From the NCBI GenBank assembly GCA_036556145.1, contig DATBKB010000095.1:809-64808 (forward strand): 64,000 nt of DNA, given 5' to 3'. A model generated the notes under the pieces. It did no database searches and was not told where the DNA came from. It worked only from the letters and a program-made list of their open reading frames with translations. The translations under genes and the position numbers were made by a program. This DNA comes from Candidatus Limnocylindrales bacterium. GTDB taxonomy: Bacteria > Chloroflexota > Limnocylindria > Limnocylindrales > CSP1-4. Positions within the stretch are counted from its first letter, which is position 1; each line of letters starts with the position of its first letter. This document shows, piece by piece, positions 54,735 through 63,130 of this stretch.

Positions 54735-56401
54735 CGGCAGACCACCCGGAAGACGCGCGTGCCCTCGAGCGCCGCCGCGAGTCGGGGATCGTCGGGGGTG
54801 CCGAGCGGGACCTCGTCGAAGCACTCGGTGCCCGGTCCGCCGGCGTCGAGGATCGCGGGCCACACCTCGTGCTGGCCGCCGTGGATCACGAGCGTGCGCG
54901 TCCCGGGGAACGCGGCCGCGAGCGCGAGCACCGACGCCGGTCGCTCGTCCGGGAGCGCGAGCCCGCGGGCGCCGGTCGTCTCGGCCAGCCAGATCGGGTA
55001 GTCGGTAATGACGGGGCCGATGTCCCGCAGCGGCAGGCCGGCCGCGGCCATCTCGGCCTCGAGCGCCACGTACCGGTTGGCGGTCTCGCGCGAGCCGGCG
55101 CCGAACGACGGCAGCAGCGCGATCGAGAAGAGCGCCGCGCCGGCCACCGTCAGCGTCGCCCCGAGCCAGGCCACCGGCCGCGTCCAGCCCCGCAGCCGGC
55201 CGACCCGGGCAATCAGCGCGTCGAGGCCGAAGAGCGCCGAGACGATGAGCAGCACGTGGACCGGTCCCGCGGCGTGGAGAAACGTGCCCCACGTCGTCGC
55301 GACCGGGAACAACAGGCTCGTCACCGTGAACGTCAGGGCCGAGACGAGGACGACCGGCCGCAGCGCAACCGAGCGGACGAGCCACGGCAGCGCGACGAGC
55401 CCGACGATCGACACGGGGGCGCCCGGCGCGAGCAGGACGTTGACGAGGTTGTGGGCGAGGCCGTCGACGCGCATCTCGATGAGGCGCGCCGGCCCGACCG
55501 CGAGGTACCGGGCGAGCGTCGGCGGGTCGGCCCAGGCGAAGACGTCCGAGCCGCGGACGGAGAGCGCGTTCGACAGCGCCTGTCCCGGCAGCGGGTTGCC
55601 GAAGACGATCCAGTCGCGGATCGCCCACGGGGCGAAGAGGGCCAACGCGATGACGCCCGGCACCGCCACCATCGCGACCTTGCGGCGCCGGTCCGGCCCG
55701 CGTCGCGACCACATGATGAGCACCCAGGCGAGCGCAAGCCAGGCCGCTTCGTTCCGCGTCCACGCCGCGAGGCCGAGCAGCGCGCCGAGGCCGACGAGCC
55801 GGGCGTCGAGGAGCCGCAACTCCTCGGCGGCCCGGGCGGCTCGCGTCATGAGAAGGCACGCGCCGAGGGCGAGCACCGTGAACGGCATCGTCGAATCGGG
55901 CAGGGCGCTGTGGAGCAGGAGCGGCAGCGACACGGCGGCCGTCAGACCGGCACCGAGCGCGAGCGTTCGCGCGCGACCCGGCGGCAGGCCGCGCTCCGCG
56001 GCAAGGTCGGCCGCGAGTCGCCAGGCCAGCGGCGGGACGGCCGCGCCGACGAGCACCGAGCTCAGCTGCGCCGCGGCAAACGTCGAGCCGAGCACCGCCA
56101 TCGGCATCGCCGCGAGCAGCGTCGGGAGCGGCAGCCAGACCTCGAATGCGGCGCGCGGGATCTCGAGCGGCGGCGTGCCGTAGCTCCAGAGCGCGTCGCT
56201 CACCATGCCACGGCCCTCGAGGATGTTCGCGGCGACCGCGACGTAGTAGGCGGTGTCCTCGGGCTTCGGGAACACGACGAGCGACGCGGCGACGACTCGA
56301 ACCGCGAGACCGAGGGCGACGACGGCCGCGAGGGCCGCGATCGCGGGCAGCGTGAGGACCGCCCGCACCGAGACGGGAGCGAGGGTCGCCGGCCGGGTCA
56401 C
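54731..56401 (-). CDS. GT-C fold membrane glycosyltransferase, PMT_2/ArnT-like (GT39/GT83 family), copy 2
   Basis: ~556 aa polytopic; first-loop acidic motif (FPKPEDTAYYVAVAANILEGRGMVSDALW) typical of Pmt/ArnT-like GT-C enzymes. GTG start at 56401 overlaps the stop of copy 3; the six-frame ORF to 57547 is a frame overlap. Confidence 0.7.
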   Translation of the reverse strand: MTRPATLAPVSVRAVLTLPAIAALAAVVALGLAVRVVAASLVVFPKPEDTAYYVAVAANILEGRGMVSDALWSYGTPPLEIPRAAFEVWLPLPTLLAAMPMAVLGSTFAAAQLSSVLVGAAVPPLAWRLAADLAAERGLPPGRARTLALGAGLTAAVSLPLLLHSALPDSTMPFTVLALGACLLMTRAARAAEELRLLDARLVGLGALLGLAAWTRNEAAWLALAWVLIMWSRRGPDRRRKVAMVAVPGVIALALFAPWAIRDWIVFGNPLPGQALSNALSVRGSDVFAWADPPTLARYLAVGPARLIEMRVDGLAHNLVNVLLAPGAPVSIVGLVALPWLVRSVALRPVVLVSALTFTVTSLLFPVATTWGTFLHAAGPVHVLLIVSALFGLDALIARVGRLRGWTRPVAWLGATLTVAGAALFSIALLPSFGAGSRETANRYVALEAEMAAAGLPLRDIGPVITDYPIWLAETTGARGLALPDERPASVLALAAAFPGTRTLVIHGGQHEVWPAILDAGGPGTECFDEVPLGTPDDPRLAAALEGTRVFRVVCR

Positions 56402-58026
56402 GAGCCGCACCGATCGTCGGTCGCGGTGACGCACACCGGATAGAGCGCGATCTCCGGCCCTGGCCGGGGCGGCGCGTAGGCCCGGAAGATCGGCCGGCCG
56501 ATCCAGCTCGGACGCGACTGGCCGAGGAGCACCGGCGCGAGCGGCGCGACGATGTCGTCGCGCTCGAGGACGAGCCAGCGCGTGCCGTAGGCGCGCGCGA
56601 CGGACTCGATCGTGTCGAGTGGGTCGTTGGGGGTCACGACGCCGCCGCGGCCCGTGGCGTAGCGCATGCCCGCGGCATCGATCGACAGGATTCGATCGTT
56701 CATGCCCGCGCCCGCGGCATCGAGGGCGACCGCGACGGCGGAGCGCGCCTCGCGCTTGCGATCCCAGCCGGCGTGGACCGAGACCGCCGACGCGACCGCG
56801 GCGAACAGCGCGAATACGACCGCGGCGGTCGTGAAGATGCGCGTCGCACCGGCCGGATTCCAGGACCGGCGGCGGGCGGCCGTCCAGGCGACGCCGACGG
56901 CGATCCCCTCGACGGCCAGGATGTACGAGTGGGGGACCAGCGCGACCGCGCTGTGGATGAACGTGCCGCCGGGCACGTGGACCGCCGAGACGAGCGCCGA
57001 GAATGCGAACAGCAGCCCGGCGTAGGCGAAGAACGGCCCGAAGTCGCGCGACCGCCGCCGCGCCCAGCCGCCGATCGCCATGAGCGGCACGAGGAGGCCC
57101 GCGCCGACGAGCGTCGTGTAGATGAGCGCCGCCGCGATGAGGCCGCCGATACGGCTCGCGACGAGCGGCCCGGCGCCCTGGCCGAGGAAGGAGTCGAGGT
57201 TGGCCGGCGTGGTGATGCTGTTCCACTCGTCGATCGAGCGGATGTAGAGGACCCTGCCCGTCGCCGCCGACGGGGACAGCGAGCCGAAGACCTCGAGCTG
57301 GCGCAGCCACCACGGCCCGACGGCGAGGAGGAACAGCACGAGTGCCGCGACCGCGGCCCAGGCCGGGATCGCCGGCGCACGGCCGCCGCCCGCACGCCAC
57401 GCCCGCCACCGGTCGTACAGCACCGCGAGACCGAACGTTGCCGCGAGCAGGACCCCGTCGTTGCGCGACATCGTCGCAAGGCCGACGAGCAGGCCACCGA
57501 GGACGAACGACCGGGGATGGCCCTTGAGCCCGCGCGCGGCCATCCACAGCGCCCCGACGGCGAGCGGCTGGAACAGCGAGAAGTTGTCCGGCTGGGGCAT
57601 GAAGACCAGCGACAGCGCCGGGATCGCGGTGAGGATCCCTGCCGCGAACGCGACGGCCGGGCTCGCCCCAGCTTCGCGTGCGATGGCCCAGCAGAGCGGC
57701 GCCGCGATGGCGCCGATGAGCGCGAACGGCAGCGCCGACGCGAACGCCGTCGGTCCCAGGACCGCGATGAACGGAACCTGGACGAACGACGCGAGCGGCA
57801 TCCAGTGGGCGTTGCTCGGAATCGGCAGCGTCGGATCCGACGGGATCCCGCCACCGACCTCGGCGAAGATCCAGATGAAGTCGACGCTCAGCCCGTGGCC
57901 CGTCGCGAGCGCCCGCGCGACGTCGGTGTAGTAGTAGCTGTCGGGGTAGGCAGGGTCGGGGAACAGCGCGACCAGGACCAGTCGCGCCGCGAGCGCCAGT
58001 ACGTAAAGGAGGGTGGGGATGCCCAC
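56398..58026 (-). CDS. GT-C fold membrane glycosyltransferase, PMT_2/ArnT-like (GT39/GT83 family), copy 3
   Basis: ~542 aa polytopic; VGIPTLLYVLALAARLVLVALFPDPAYPDSYYYTDVARALATGHGLSVDFIW; GTG start 58026 proposed (ORF track extends to 58995 through low-complexity Arg/Glu/Asp sequence that is probably not translated). Confidence 0.65.
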   Translation of the reverse strand: MGIPTLLYVLALAARLVLVALFPDPAYPDSYYYTDVARALATGHGLSVDFIWIFAEVGGGIPSDPTLPIPSNAHWMPLASFVQVPFIAVLGPTAFASALPFALIGAIAAPLCWAIAREAGASPAVAFAAGILTAIPALSLVFMPQPDNFSLFQPLAVGALWMAARGLKGHPRSFVLGGLLVGLATMSRNDGVLLAATFGLAVLYDRWRAWRAGGGRAPAIPAWAAVAALVLFLLAVGPWWLRQLEVFGSLSPSAATGRVLYIRSIDEWNSITTPANLDSFLGQGAGPLVASRIGGLIAAALIYTTLVGAGLLVPLMAIGGWARRRSRDFGPFFAYAGLLFAFSALVSAVHVPGGTFIHSAVALVPHSYILAVEGIAVGVAWTAARRRSWNPAGATRIFTTAAVVFALFAAVASAVSVHAGWDRKREARSAVAVALDAAGAGMNDRILSIDAAGMRYATGRGGVVTPNDPLDTIESVARAYGTRWLVLERDDIVAPLAPVLLGQSRPSWIGRPIFRAYAPPRPGPEIALYPVCVTATDDRCGS

Positions 58027-58140
58027 GGCGCGGTGCAGGGTAGCACCGGCCCTAAGCCAATCGGACCAGTACGAATCGGCTAGCGAGGGGGGCGAACGGA
58101 TGGGCTGACGGGGCGGTTCGCGCCGCGCAGATTCGGCCCC

Positions 58141-59046
58141 ATGCCATCCCCGTGGGCCGGCTCCGGCCGTCGCGTGCTCCGTGCGGTCGGTGCCACGCTC
58201 GCCGCATTCGGCTTCGTCATCGGGGTCCAGATCGCGGTCATCCACTTCCAGGTCGATCCCTTCGCCGACGTCCGCGCGTACTACGACGCCGCGACCCGGC
58301 TCAACGCCGGCGCCGGCCTCTATGACCAGGCCGTTGGGACCAACGAGGCCGCGTTCTACCGGTACCCGCCGCTGCTCGCCATCGCCTTCCGGCCGCTCGC
58401 CCTGCTGCCGTTCGAGGCCGCGGCGCTCGTCTGGGAGGTCGTCGTCGTCGGGGCGTTCGCGCTGACCCTGTGGCGGGTGGGTCTCGGCCGGCGGACGCTC
58501 CTGCTCGTCGGGCTGCTCGGCCTGCCGATCGGCTGGAGCATGGCGATTGGCCAAGCCCAAGTTCCGGTCACGCTCCTGACCGCGCTGGGCACGCCGCTGG
58601 CGCTCGCCCTGGCGACGAACCTCAAGGTCCTGCCGGCCCTCGCGGCCGTCTGGTGGATCGGCCGCCGCGACTGGGCGGCGCTCACCCGGTTCGCCACATG
58701 GATGGTCGCCCTCATCGCTCTCCAGCTCGTCCTCGAGCCTCGCGGCTCGCTCGCCTTCCCGGCCGTCCTGACCCTCGACCACGTCGGCCAGGTCCGGAAC
58801 TTCTCCCCGTACGTCGTCTCGCCCGCCCTCTGGGTGGCACTCGTCGCGGCCGGCGGGCTGCTCGCGGTTCGCCTTGCCCCGACGCGGTATGGCTGGGCGG
58901 CGGCCGTCGCCCTCTCGGTGCTCGCGACGCCGCGCCTCCTCACGTACCAGCTGATGACGCTCATCGCGGCCCTCCGAGAGCCCGCATCGTCCCATCGGGC
59001 TGTCGCGCCGGCGCCCGCGGCGGCGCCTGCGAGGAGCGTCGCGTGA
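58141..59046 (+). CDS. DUF2029/GT87-family membrane glycosyltransferase (PimE-like mannosyltransferase-like), copy 1
   Basis: Polytopic; DUF2029 hallmark YxYPP (AAFYRYPPLLAIAF) and VRAYYDAATRLNAGAGLYD loop. Confidence 0.7.
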   Translation: MPSPWAGSGRRVLRAVGATLAAFGFVIGVQIAVIHFQVDPFADVRAYYDAATRLNAGAGLYDQAVGTNEAAFYRYPPLLAIAFRPLALLPFEAAALVWEVVVVGAFALTLWRVGLGRRTLLLVGLLGLPIGWSMAIGQAQVPVTLLTALGTPLALALATNLKVLPALAAVWWIGRRDWAALTRFATWMVALIALQLVLEPRGSLAFPAVLTLDHVGQVRNFSPYVVSPALWVALVAAGGLLAVRLAPTRYGWAAAVALSVLATPRLLTYQLMTLIAALREPASSHRAVAPAPAAAPARSVA

Positions 59047-60290
59047 TCGACGCCCGAACCCCGGCTCGCTCGAGGACCGGCGGGGCCGCTGCGCGGCACC
59101 GGGGCGCCGGCCGCGCCGGCGGCTGGCTGGCCGCGGTCGCCTGGCTGCTCCTCGGCGGCGGGATGTGGGCCGGGATCGGCCTCCTCGCTGCCCGGATGTT
59201 CGCCACCGACCCGCCGACCGCCGGCTTCGACCTCGAGCTCCTGCTCGCCGCGGGCCGCGACGTCGCCGCCGGCCGGTCGCCCTACGACCCCGCGATCGTC
59301 GCCGGCGCGGCCCCTGCCGGGACGCAGCTCTTCTACTCGTACCCGCCGCTCGTCGCGCAGGCCATGTCGCTGCTGGCCGGCCTGCCGGCCGGCGCCGTCT
59401 TCGCCGCCTGGTCCGTGACCGCCGTCGCGGGCGTCGGCATCGCGGCGTTCCTCCTGCGTCGGGCGCTCGGGGTCAGGCTCGAGAGCGGTCTCGCGATCGC
59501 CGGCGCGGTCGCCGCCTCGGCGGTCGTGCTGCCGTTTGCCATCGGCATCCTGTTCGGCAACGTCGACGCGTTCTTCCCCCTGCTGTACGGCTTGCTCCTC
59601 GCCGGGTGCCTGGCGTGGGGACGCCCGGCGCAGCTCGTCGGCGGCGCGGCGATCGCGGTCGCGGCCCTCGTAAAGGTCCACCCCGCCTCGATCGGCATCT
59701 GGCTGGTCGCCCGGCTCGTCCGCGCTCGCCGCGAGGGTCGGTCCTGGCCGGTGAACGGCGTCGTCGTCGGCAGCGCGGTGGCCGGCGCCGCCCTGCTCGG
59801 GCTGAGCCTCATCGCGGGTGGCCTTGCGCCGTGGCTCGAGTACGCGAAGGTCGCCGGCGTCATCGGCGGGTCGGACCTGCTCGATCCGCGCAACGCCGGG
59901 CTGGCGGCGCAGGTCGCCCTCCTCGCCGGGGGCGACAACGGCCTCGTCCGCATGCTCCAGCTCCCCGTCGCCGTGGGCGCCGCCGCGGTCTCGGCCTGGT
60001 CCGCATGGTCTCGTGACGACGTCGTCGAGAGCCTCGCCTGGGGGGCGGCCGCGTCGCTCGTCGTGCTGCCCGTGACCTGGTACCACTACCCGGCGGCGCT
60101 GCTCCCGTTCGGGATCGCGGCGATGCTCCGGGCGCACGAGACCGCGACGGCGCCGCGGACGGCCGCGCTGCTCGCCGGCGCCTGCGCGGTCGCCGCCGCG
60201 GCGCTCTTGTGGCTGCCGCTGCTGTGGGTCGCCGTCGCGCTCGTCATCGCGGCAACGCGGGCCAGCTGGCCCGAGGCGGCCCGGCGATGA
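59043..60290 (+). CDS. DUF2029/GT87-family membrane glycosyltransferase, copy 2
   Basis: QLFYSYPPLVAQAMS motif; GTG start overlaps the stop of copy 1 (GTGA). Confidence 0.7.
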   Translation: MIDARTPARSRTGGAAARHRGAGRAGGWLAAVAWLLLGGGMWAGIGLLAARMFATDPPTAGFDLELLLAAGRDVAAGRSPYDPAIVAGAAPAGTQLFYSYPPLVAQAMSLLAGLPAGAVFAAWSVTAVAGVGIAAFLLRRALGVRLESGLAIAGAVAASAVVLPFAIGILFGNVDAFFPLLYGLLLAGCLAWGRPAQLVGGAAIAVAALVKVHPASIGIWLVARLVRARREGRSWPVNGVVVGSAVAGAALLGLSLIAGGLAPWLEYAKVAGVIGGSDLLDPRNAGLAAQVALLAGGDNGLVRMLQLPVAVGAAAVSAWSAWSRDDVVESLAWGAAASLVVLPVTWYHYPAALLPFGIAAMLRAHETATAPRTAALLAGACAVAAAALLWLPLLWVAVALVIAATRASWPEAARR

Positions 60291-61303
60291 GCCGCGCCCA
60301 GTCGCTCACGTGGTCGGGCGTGTGGCCCGCGCTCTCCGCGCGCCTCGGACCCTCGCATCGGAAGCTCGCCTGGTACACGCTGACGGTCATCGGGCTCGTC
60401 GCCCTGCCGTACATCATCGTGCTCAACCGGGTGCGCTCGACGTGGGGCTTCGACGCCTACGCGTACTGGGCGATCGACCTCGGCGACCTCTACGGGCGGT
60501 CCCTCCAGAACACGTCGGGCTACGGCGCGTTCCGCTACACGCCGGCGATCGGTCAGGCGTTCTCGGTCTTCGGCGTGCTGCCGTGGGAGGCGTTCTTCGC
60601 CGGCTGGTTCGCGCTCATGCTCGTGGCGCTCGTGTGGATGGCGGGCCGCGACGCCCTCCCGCTGCTGGCGTTCCCGCCGCTCGCCCTCGAGCTGTACCAC
60701 GCGAACGTCCACCTGTTCATGGCCGTCGCGATCGTCCTCGGCTTCCGCTGGCCCGCGACGTGGGCGTTCCTCGTCCTCACGAAGGTCACGCCCGGGATCG
60801 GGCTCCTGTGGTTCGCGATCCGCCGGGAGTGGCGAAGCCTCGCGATCGCCCTCGGCGTGACGGTCGGACTGGCGACCCTCTCGTTCGTCGTCGCCCCGGC
60901 CCTCTGGCGCGAGTACGTCCTGACGATGGTCGACAACCTGTTCTACGACCGCGGCCGGCCCTACCCGATCCCCGTCCCGATTGCCGTCCGGCTCGTCCTC
61001 GCCGCCGCCCTCGTCATGTACGGCGCCCGGACCGACCGCCGCTGGCTGGTCCCGGTCGCCTCGACGATCGCGCTCCCGATCATCTGGTGGCACGGCCTGT
61101 CGATGCTCATCGCGGCCATCCCGCTCTGGCGGGCGGATCGCGCGGCGCGCGCCGCCGGTCGCGCCGCCGGTCACGCCGCGGGTCCCGCCGCGGGTCCCGC
61201 CGCCGGTCACGCCGCGGGTCCCGCCGCCAGCCGCCCGGCGCTCGCCGGCACCGGGGCGGACCCTCGTCGAACGTCGACCGGACGTTCGGGGGAGGTCCGG
61301 TGA
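60287..61303 (+). CDS. DUF2029/GT87-family membrane glycosyltransferase, copy 3, with Ala/Gly-rich repeat C-terminus
   Basis: GAFRYTPAIGQAF motif; ATG overlaps the stop of copy 2 (ATGA). C-terminal AAGRAAGHAAGPAAGPAAGHAAGPAA encoded by five tandem 15-bp repeats (~61140-61230). Confidence 0.7.
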   Translation: MSRAQSLTWSGVWPALSARLGPSHRKLAWYTLTVIGLVALPYIIVLNRVRSTWGFDAYAYWAIDLGDLYGRSLQNTSGYGAFRYTPAIGQAFSVFGVLPWEAFFAGWFALMLVALVWMAGRDALPLLAFPPLALELYHANVHLFMAVAIVLGFRWPATWAFLVLTKVTPGIGLLWFAIRREWRSLAIALGVTVGLATLSFVVAPALWREYVLTMVDNLFYDRGRPYPIPVPIAVRLVLAAALVMYGARTDRRWLVPVASTIALPIIWWHGLSMLIAAIPLWRADRAARAAGRAAGHAAGPAAGPAAGHAAGPAASRPALAGTGADPRRTSTGRSGEVR

Positions 61304-61355
61304 GGACTCGTGCCAACCAGAATTCACCGATACCGCAGCACACGAGGGGACTCAC

Positions 61356-61517
61356 GTGGATTCGCTGATCCTCGCCTACATCGATCCGGGCTCCGGGAGC
61401 CTCATCATCCAGGCGGTGATCGCGACCCTGCTGGCGGTCCCGTTCTTCCTCCGCGAGCAGATCGGCCGGGTCGTCCGCAGCGTTCGTCGCGACAAGCCGA
61501 ACGACCGCCCGTCCTGA
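61356..61517 (+). CDS. Small hypothetical membrane protein (53 aa)
   Basis: VDSLILAYIDPGSGSLIIQAVIATLLAVPFFLREQIGRVVRSVRRDKPNDRPS; GAGGGGA Shine-Dalgarno 6 nt upstream of GTG; one TM helix. Confidence 0.4.
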   Translation: MDSLILAYIDPGSGSLIIQAVIATLLAVPFFLREQIGRVVRSVRRDKPNDRPS

Positions 61518-61554
61518 GCGGGCCGGGCAACTCCACCGCCGACCACCCCGCCCG

Positions 61555-62976
61555 GTGATCGACGCCGCCCCGGCGACCGACCGTCCCCGTCCGGCCGCCG
61601 CCCCCGATCCCGGCTCCTTCCGCGACCCGAGCGGCTTCGTCTTCCGCCGCGACGGGGCGGTGCTCCGCCAGATCAATGCGGCGTTCGCCGTTCGCTGGGA
61701 CGACCTCGAGTCGAGCGGGCTGCTCGACGCGCTCCAGGCGAAGGGCATGCTCGTCGCCCACGTCCCCGCGCCGATCGACACGGCGCTCCGCCCGGACATC
61801 GCCCACGCGGTCATCCGCCCGGAGCCGATCGACTTCGTCTCGTACCCGTACGAGTGGTCGTTCGGCCAGCTCCGTGACGCGGCCCTGCTGACGCTCGACG
61901 TCCAGGCCGCCTGCCTCGAGGCCGGATTCACGCTCCGCGACGCGACCGCGTACAACGTCCAGTTCCATCGCGGCCGGCCGATCCTCATCGACACGCTCTC
62001 GTTCGAGCGGGCCCTGCCGGGCCGCCCCTGGACGGCCTACCGCCAGTTCTGCGAACACTTCCTCGCCCCGCTGGCTCTCATGGCGACGCGGGACGCCCGC
62101 TGCGGGCTGATGCTTCGTGAGTTCGTCGACGGGATCCCGCTCGATCTCGCGGCCCGGCTGCTGCCGTTCCGGACGAAGCTCCGGCTCGGGCTCCTGTCGC
62201 ACGTCCACCTCCACGCCAGGGCCCAGACCCGCTACGCAAATGTCGCCGACGCGGACCGGGTACGGGTGGCGACGATGAGCCCGCTCCGCCAGCGCGCGCT
62301 CATCGACTCGCTCCGGCGAACCGTCGCCGGGCTGCGCTGGGATCCGTCGGGCACCGAGTGGGCCGACTACGCCGAGCACACGAGCTACGACGACGACGCG
62401 GCCCGGGCCAAGGACAGCCTCGTCCGGGACTTCCTCGCCGCGGCGGGCGGCGATCGCGTGTGGGACCTCGGCGCGAACACCGGCCGGTTCAGCCGGATCG
62501 CGGCCGGCCTCGGCCGCCGCGTCGTGGCCTGGGACGTCGACCCGGCAGCCACGGAGCGCCACTACCGCCGCGTCCGGACGGACGGCGAGACGGCGATCCT
62601 CCCCCTCGTCCTCGATCTCGCGAACCCAAGCCCGGGCCTCGGCTGGGCCGGGAGCGAGCGACGCTCGCTCGCCGAACGCGCCGACGCGGACACGGTCCTT
62701 GCCCTCGCCCTCGTCCACCACCTCGCGATCGGCCGGAACGTGCCGCTCGACCGGCTCGCGGCCTTCTTCGCCGGCCTCGCCCCGAACGTCGTCATCGAGT
62801 TCGTGCCGAAGGACGACCCCATGGTGCGGCGGCTCCTCGCCACGCGCGAGGACGTCTTCGCCGACTACTCCGCCGAGGGCTTCCGGGCGGCCTTCGGCCG
62901 CCGGTTCGAGATCCTCGCCGAGGCGCCGATTCCGGGGATGACCCGGAGCCTCTTCCGGATGCGCCGGCGGGGCTGA
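61555..62976 (+). CDS. Two-domain protein with C-terminal class I SAM-dependent methyltransferase
   Basis: 473 aa; C-terminal Rossmann MTase motif I (VWDLGANTGRFSRIAAGLGRRVVAWDVD) and post-I acidic residue; ~270-aa N-terminal domain of unknown function. Confidence 0.7.
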   Translation: MIDAAPATDRPRPAAAPDPGSFRDPSGFVFRRDGAVLRQINAAFAVRWDDLESSGLLDALQAKGMLVAHVPAPIDTALRPDIAHAVIRPEPIDFVSYPYEWSFGQLRDAALLTLDVQAACLEAGFTLRDATAYNVQFHRGRPILIDTLSFERALPGRPWTAYRQFCEHFLAPLALMATRDARCGLMLREFVDGIPLDLAARLLPFRTKLRLGLLSHVHLHARAQTRYANVADADRVRVATMSPLRQRALIDSLRRTVAGLRWDPSGTEWADYAEHTSYDDDAARAKDSLVRDFLAAAGGDRVWDLGANTGRFSRIAAGLGRRVVAWDVDPAATERHYRRVRTDGETAILPLVLDLANPSPGLGWAGSERRSLAERADADTVLALALVHHLAIGRNVPLDRLAAFFAGLAPNVVIEFVPKDDPMVRRLLATREDVFADYSAEGFRAAFGRRFEILAEAPIPGMTRSLFRMRRRG

Positions 62977-63130
62977 CCGGGCGGAGTCCGGGGGCCTCTG
63001 GTACCCGCCGGTATGGTCCTTTCGGGGTGGTTCGAAGGCGGCCGGTGAGCCCATACGATCCGGCCCGGGCCGGGCGGCGGCGAGCGCTCCGCCGAGCCCG
63101 TCTCCGACTCCAGGAGCCGCTCGAATCGCC

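Noticed and set aside
54731-57547. 938-aa ORF treated as a single giant protein
   Set aside because: The N-terminal ~380 aa are Arg/Gly/Pro low-complexity and overlap the HK gene in another frame; only the C-terminal ~556 aa (GTG 56401) are a coherent GT-C membrane protein.
62977-63130. Possible tRNA (ggttcgaagg resembles a T-loop)
   Set aside because: The surrounding sequence cannot form a cloverleaf: no acceptor stem complementarity and no CCA context. It is more likely the 5' region of the downstream membrane-protein gene.
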